Source: Vicugna vicugna
Taxonomy: Eukaryota
DNA length: 64,000 nucleotides
Assembly (NCBI GenBank): GCA_013265495.1
Contig: MU057711.1
Coordinates: 2,492,844-2,556,843, forward strand
Direction of reading: 5' to 3'
Shown here: positions 58,630 to 64,000 of the stretch, one piece after another
How the letters are laid out: each line of letters opens with the position of its first letter
How positions within the stretch are numbered: the stretch's first letter is position 1
Made by a program: the position numbers and the translations under genes
The notes under the pieces: model-generated
Databases searched by the model: none
The model's input: the letters and a program-made list of their open reading frames with translations, nothing else
What the model was told of the DNA's origin: nothing

Positions 58630-59157
58630 CCAGGTCAGAAGTATTTTCAAAATAATACTGAGATGCTATTCGCCCTTTTCACTGTAGGGACTTTCGCACA
58701 GGATATTCGCACTGATGGTAAATCTACTGGTGCTGTGTACGAATCAGGCTGTGAGGCACTCGCCAGAAAACAAACAAACAAACAAAAAAACAGAAAAAGA
58801 GACAATTATCACTTACGAATGTCCTTGGAGCAGGAAAAACTGATTCATCTGTTAATTTCTCGGCCCTTGAGTACTGGCCATTTTCATATTCTGTGCGACC
58901 AAACGTGTAACACATTTCTCCTGCGTACTGGAGTGCAATGGTTGTCTTAGGGAATCCTTGGGCGATTGTTTGAGTTGTGAACTGACCTAACTGAACACCA
59001 TTTTTACTTGGGGGAATAAATAGAGACTAACAGAGAAATGATTATTCAGACCTGAGTACTGGAGACATTTTCACAAAAAGGAATGAAGTGTACCTGTCAC
59101 CTCAAGTTAAAAGAAATGGACACTATTTGTTGCCAACGATAAAATTCAAGCTTTCAA
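58630..59157 (+). mobile_element. Charlie1 (hAT) transposase gene remnant
   Basis: SRPLSTGHFHILCDQTCNTFLLRTGVQWLS* aligns by eye to the Charlie/Buster-type hAT motif RPLNSRLF.ILC.EMGS.H..LLLHTEVRWLSRG; later DIF..RNEVYLSPQ and VANDKIQAF; stops and frameshifts present. Confidence 0.8.
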
Positions 59158-59319
59158 CATGGTGGATGCCAGGAACAGAGTGGGTGTCCAATAAATGCTA
59201 TCCTTCCCTCTCCCCAGCCCCCGGTTCTCTCCTTCCTTCCCTCTCTTCTTGGTGGAGATTAGCTCCTCGGCCCTGGCTGGCAAAGCCTCTGAGAATTTGG
59301 TGTGAACTGGGGGAGGAGG

Positions 59320-59750
59320 TGTCAGGGCACAGGGTAAGTGGCTGTAAGAACAGTTTCCCCCCAAGTACAGCAGCTTAAATTACATAGAAGGTTATTTCTG
59401 TCAGGAAAAACTCAAGTTACGTGGTGGTCTGGGAGTGGTGGGCAATTTGACTCCATGAAGTAGGTCAGGAGCCCAAGAGACTTGCACTTGTCTCTGTCCA
59501 TCCCTGTGGTTGAAGTTGGATTTCTACCCTCTGTCTATGCTCCAACCTGCAAAAAGAGGGAAGGACAAGGGGAAGGACAAACACACATCCCCTCTACGCA
59601 CGTCCCACTCACCTAGGGCCATGCTTAGCTGCAAGGGAGGCTGGAAAATGGAGTCTGCAGCTGTGAGGTCGCCCTATTACTAAAGTGAGTAAAGGAGAGT
59701 GGACACTGGGGCATGGATAACTCTTTCTGCTGCAATGGGAGTGGTGTAGG
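59320..59750 (-). mobile_element. MaLR LTR (MLT1J-like)
   Basis: GGCTGTAAGAACAG...ACAGCAGCTTAAA...ATAGAAGGTTATTTCT...CTTAGCTGCAAGGGAGGCTGGAAAATG. Confidence 0.68.
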
Positions 59751-60314
59751 ATCAGGAGAGAAACATGTGGGAATAGCAAAAATGCGGCATGTGTAGGCTC
59801 CCCTAACTCAGAGAGGATCTCGGGGGAAAGACTAGGGGCCTAGGTAGACTCAGCACCCCAGCATCGCTTCCTCTCCTCACCTTGTCAGTCTCTTCAGTGA
59901 TCTAGGCCAGGTACCTTGTGTTTACCCCAGACGTCCGAACCTGTTTGATTTAGAGCGAGCTTAGAGACACTCTCACATTCTACAATAGGGAGGCTGAACC
60001 CCAAAGGGGGAAGATTCTTGCCCAGTGACACACAGTAAGCCAAGGGTGTCACTAGAAGTAACCGTCTTCCCCCTGGCCCTTGGCCTTCGTGCTGAGCCCC
60101 TCAGCTCTCTCTGCCCCCCTCCCAGACACATCCCTCCCTCCCTGAGCTGACCACCTGATTCCTCATCCTGTGTTACCCTGGGAAGCACTGTCAGACTTTA
60201 AGCAGGAGAGGAATGAAGCAAACTCGTAGCACATGGTCAAAAAGAACAGGCTGAGAGATACAGCTTAAGAAAGGTCATCCAGGGAAGGGGTTTTTCCACC
60301 CTGTTTCTTACAGA

Positions 60315-60800
60315 CATCACTCGGGATCTGTTTGGCTGCATGTGCCAAAGTTCCACTCACACTTGCTTACACAATGAAGGGGAATTTATTGGCTCGTATA
60401 CTCACCAGCTGCATGTTTTGGGTTGGTCGCTTTCAACACCCCACTCCTGGTACCAATTTCTACATCACTTGAGGTGTCTTGTTGACAAGTGGCAGCAACG
60501 GGCTCTGACTAACCTAGGCCTTTTGGGGCTTTTATTGGGATAACCCTGGGGTAGCTCAGAAGATTGAAGAGAGGGCTGAACAGCTGGATCCAGAAGTTCT
60601 ATCTCAAAGGATATCAGCAACAAGATGGTCTGACACCTGATACTTCTGTTGCAGCCACCTTCCACCCCTGAGTTCAAGGGCCAGGTCTGGGAAAGGAATT
60701 CTGATTATATGCCCACTCTATCCGACACAGGAAAAAGATGGGGTGAAGAGGGGGAGTTATGCCTGACAGACAAAAGCGATCACCATCACACCTTCCATTT
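60315..60800 (-). mobile_element. Old MaLR LTR (MLT1K/L-like)
   Basis: TGTTTGGCTGCATGTG...CCACTCACACTTGCTTA...GGAATTTATTGGCTC. Confidence 0.5.
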
Positions 60801-60934
60801 CCCCACAGATATGCCCTTTCATCCATGTTTGTTTAATGGATTGGTTATGGCCTTAATTCTCGAATTTCACTCACAAGTATGGTATAGACCTTTACTGATG
60901 GCATCTTCCTAATGGAAGACAGTACATACAGCAG

Positions 60935-61110
60935 TTAGAAAATCTTTCCCAACACTTAGTAAGTATGTAATCTTGGGCAAGTTTACTTAACTTCTCTGAG
61001 ACTCAATCTCTTCATCTTTAAAATGAGGATATTCCTTGCCGGATAGTTGAGGTAGTTAAAAGAGATAATACATGAAAAGATCTTGAAGTAGACTAGCATT
61101 CAATAAATGA
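60935..61110 (+). mobile_element. MIR SINE
   Basis: TCTTGGGCAAGTTTACTTAACTTCTCTGAGACTCAATCTCTTCATCTTTAAAATGAGGATA. Confidence 0.78.
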
Positions 61111-61149
61111 TGGCTGCTTTCATCATTTTAATATCCTTCTCTCTCTATT

Positions 61150-61500
61150 CTCTTAGCTGGGTTCCCAGAAGCAGATTTCAAAAGAAGATGTGTTGGGTAA
61201 ATGGGGCCAGGAAGGGCAGGTGTCAGTTAGGGCATAGATACCCAAGCAAGGACGTGTTATCAAGGAAGGATGTGATATCAAGCAAAGCACTCCAGAGGGT
61301 AATATGGGCTCACTCCCAAAGAGGAGGTCTGGAGACATATGAGTCACACCTCAGAGATGCTTGAGCAGGGAGTGAGGGAGATGGGGTAGTGACACTCCCA
61401 CACTGATGGACATTAGTTGAGGCGTCTGGTCACCTGAGGGCAGCCCTCCAACAATGAAGAGTCAGGTAAAGAGGTTTAAGGAGATACGAGTGGACTCTCT
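61150..61500 (-). mobile_element. ERVL solo LTR (LTR16-like)
   Basis: TCTTAGCTGGGTTCCCAGAAGCAGA start; GAGGGAGATGGGGTA...ACTCCCA. Confidence 0.55.
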
Positions 61501-62162
61501 GTCCCCAGTGATTCTTTAGCCCATGGCCTAGAAGTTATATATTTCAACATTTATTTGAGAAACATTCATGTGGCACTTACTATGTGCTGGAAAGTGTTCA
61601 AGAGCTTTGCAAATGTGAACTCATTTCTTATTGGTAGGGAGTGTGGAGGTTCATGGGATGTTTGTGGGAATTTGGGCTGCCTGGAATCTGACCCTGTTCT
61701 CTCTAGGAGACCTACTTGTTCTTTCTCCAGCAGTGGTTAGGGCATGGCTTGGCCAGTGGGGTACTTCCCTCTCCAAAGATACTGGTGAGCCAAAGATTCC
61801 CTCCCAGCAAGCAGTGGATTAAGGATCTGGTGCCCAGAGTCCTGGTACCAGCAGTGCTTTCTCTTTGACAATGCCTCTTCTGGCCCTGGCCTCACCTGCT
61901 TGATTTTTCTTGCTTTCTGCCCATTTTCTTAGTCTGACTTTACAGCTACCTCTGAGTCTCCTTTCTGTTAGGGTTCCTCAGGATTGGCTTCTGTTTTAGC
62001 ACCCAGAGTCTTGACTGGTTCAGAAGAGGAAGCTGGGAGGTGAGGCCAGAGAGATAATTGAGAAGCAGATCAAGAAAGGTCCTGAATGCCAGGGTAAGCT
62101 TTTGTGACTTTATCTTTTGGGCTAGTGGTTTTTAATCAGGGATGTGTGTCAGAATCACCTGA

Positions 62163-62636
62163 TTTATTAGTTATTATTGCCATAATGCTGTGTAACAAGT
62201 GACCTCCCTCCCCCGCCTTGCCAAGGCATGTAACAGCAAAGATTTATTTTTCTCACTATAAGCGTGCAAATCAGCTCTGGTGACTCTGATAAACTCTATA
62301 CTAGACTTGACTAGAATTGGCTAAGCTTGGGTCCAGGCTGGGCACTGGGTTCAGGTCTGTCTTGTATGTCTCTCATTTCAGGACCCAGGCTAAAATGGTA
62401 GTGGCTGGTTGGGGCACACTCTTTCATGGTGAATGGAAGGAGTGCAAGAGGGAGGAGTGGAAATATGCAATGCCTCTTACAGCCTTGTTTTGGAATTGAG
62501 AGTGTTACTTCTATCCATGTTAAACTGAATGAAAAAAAATCACACAGCCAAGTCTACTGGTGTGAGAGAGTCCCCTCTGCTCACTGTGACTCATGAGAGA
62601 GGTAGACAAGGAAGAATTGTGGGCAATTCTACCACA
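62163..62636 (-). mobile_element. MaLR LTR (MLT1G/H-like) inside a MER5-like element (about 62122-62730)
   Basis: TATTAGTTATTATTGCCATAATGCTGTGTAACAA...CAATTCTACCACA, directly after TCAGAATCACCTG. Confidence 0.75.
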
Positions 62637-62908
62637 TCAGGGGTGTTTCTTCACCATCTGATACCCAGATTCTAAGCCTCTGAGTGAAATATCTATATTT
62701 TGAATCAGAATTGATTCTGGTGTGCACTCTCATGGGATAAGTATTATTACTGTGGCCAATGAGAAGCCATTTAAGGCTCCTGAGTAGAAGAATGACAAGC
62801 TCAGTCTGGGGCATAGAAAATAGCTTTGGGAAATAGATGGGTATGGAGGTTGGGAGATCAGTTAGTTAGCAAATGGTTACAGTAAGAGAGGTGAAAACTT
62901 GAGACTGG

Positions 62909-63407
62909 TGTTCAGGTACCTATTGCTATGAAACAAACTACAAGAAAACTCAGTGGCTTAAAACAAACATTTCATTACCTCTTGTGACCTGGGGGGTTGA
63001 CTGGGCTCAGTGGGGTGGTTCTGCTCCATGTGATGTTGGCTGGGACTGGAAATCCTCTGGGGACTATTTCGTGCTAGACATTCCAAGATGGCGCACTCCA
63101 TGGTTGGCTCTTGTTGCTAGCTGTCCACTCAGAGCTGAGCTGGGGCTGTTGACTTGCACACATACATCACCTCTCCACGTGGCTTGGCCTTCCAGCATTG
63201 CAGCCGGCCTTTGAGAGGGAATGTTCCAGAAGTGAGCATTCCAAGTGGGAGGAAACAAAAGCTGCCCATCCTCTTAAAGGCTAGGCCCAGCACTTGCGCA
63301 GGTTGGTTCAGCAGTCATGGGCCAGCCCAGACACAAGGGGGGAAATTAATCCCTCTGTTTCACAGCGAGAGTGACAAATCATGTGGGGCCATCTTTAATC
63401 AATCACA
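62909..63407 (-). mobile_element. MaLR LTR (MLT1H-like)
   Basis: TGTTCAGGTACCTATTGCTATGAAACAAACTAC...GGCCATCTTTAATCAATCACA; 5-bp TSD ACTGG / CCTGG. Confidence 0.85.
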
Positions 63408-64000
63408 CCTGGACTGTGACAGTGTGGAGGGAGGGGACACAGATTTAAGGGAGAGTTCAGAAACATGGATAGGACTTGGCACCTTATTGGTCATGGAAGG
63501 AAAGGTTGAGATGCCCAGAAAGCCTGGCCCTGAGGATTTGTCCAGAGTGGCCACTTCAAACCCTAGGGTGAGCCTAGGGAACAACCCGCCTGCCGTGTAC
63601 TGAGTGAGTTCCCTGGGAAGGAAAGACAATTGGTACCTTTGCCCAGGACACCCACAGTCACTCCAGTGGCATCAGATAGTCAGATTCACCAGGCTGAAGG
63701 CTGAGCAGGAGGCTGGAGTGGGGATAGCAGTGAGCAAAACAGCAGAGAGAGGACAGACTTGGGAGGCCACTTGGGTGTCTGAGGAGCTGGCCAGATGCTG
63801 GAACTCAAGGAGGCCTGGGGTATGAGATGAGGGGGACAGTGGGTTTCCCAACACTGGATTTCCATATGCTGGCACATATTGTTAATTTTTAAGAACAAAA
63901 AGACTGGCATTTTTATTGGCATTAAAATTTTTTTAAAATCTGAATTATCTTCATCTGAAGTTAGTGATATCCAGAATGTTACAAGTGCATTGAAACGTTG

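Larger units (their letters stand above)
62030..63500 (-). mobile_element. L2 fragment hosting nested MER5 and two MLT1 LTRs
   Basis: GCAGATCAAGAAAGGTCCTGAATGCCAGG...GACTTTATC, GAGAAGCCATTTAAGG...GAATGACA and CAGATTTAAGGGAGA are collinear antisense L2 pieces. Confidence 0.6.

Noticed and set aside
58630..59157. Possible domesticated hAT transposase gene (ZBED5/SCAND3-like)
   Set aside because: A stop falls within the conserved WLSRG motif, and there are frameshifts and an A-rich insertion; it is a decayed Charlie1 copy.
1..64000. Identity of a host or neighbouring gene
   Set aside because: No exon I can recognise; naming a locus without alignment would be a guess.

Overview
This is mammalian nuclear DNA, intergenic or deep intronic, and most likely camelid (alpaca/llama/camel). 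Three tRNA-derived SINEs match the camelid vic-1 type and four young L1 3' ends are of the cetartiodactyl type; I saw no Alu, B1/B2, BovB/Bov-tA or PRE-1. I can support no protein-coding exon, functional RNA gene or CRISPR-like array. The ORFs are chance ORFs or decayed L1 ORF2 and Charlie1 transposase remnants. Much of the window is transposon debris (MIR, L2, L1, MaLR/ERVL LTRs, hAT elements), often nested with readable target-site duplications. Between the repeats lie about ten repeat-free, motif-dense blocks that look like developmental enhancers. The best leads are four: (1) a ~330-bp CpG island with two G-quadruplex motifs and a first-exon-type splice donor, downstream of which MaLR LTRs are mostly antisense, hinting at an unannotated + strand transcript; (2) a younger ERV1-type solo LTR with a CCAAT repeat array, two octamers and a TATA box; (3) a double-hairpin element, probably the ancient repeat MER135; (4) three MER91 palindromes that stayed perfect, one through a paired change. 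Nothing here demonstrates a new biological system; these are testable hypotheses. Repeat subfamily names come from recalled consensus sequences, and old-repeat boundaries are approximate.
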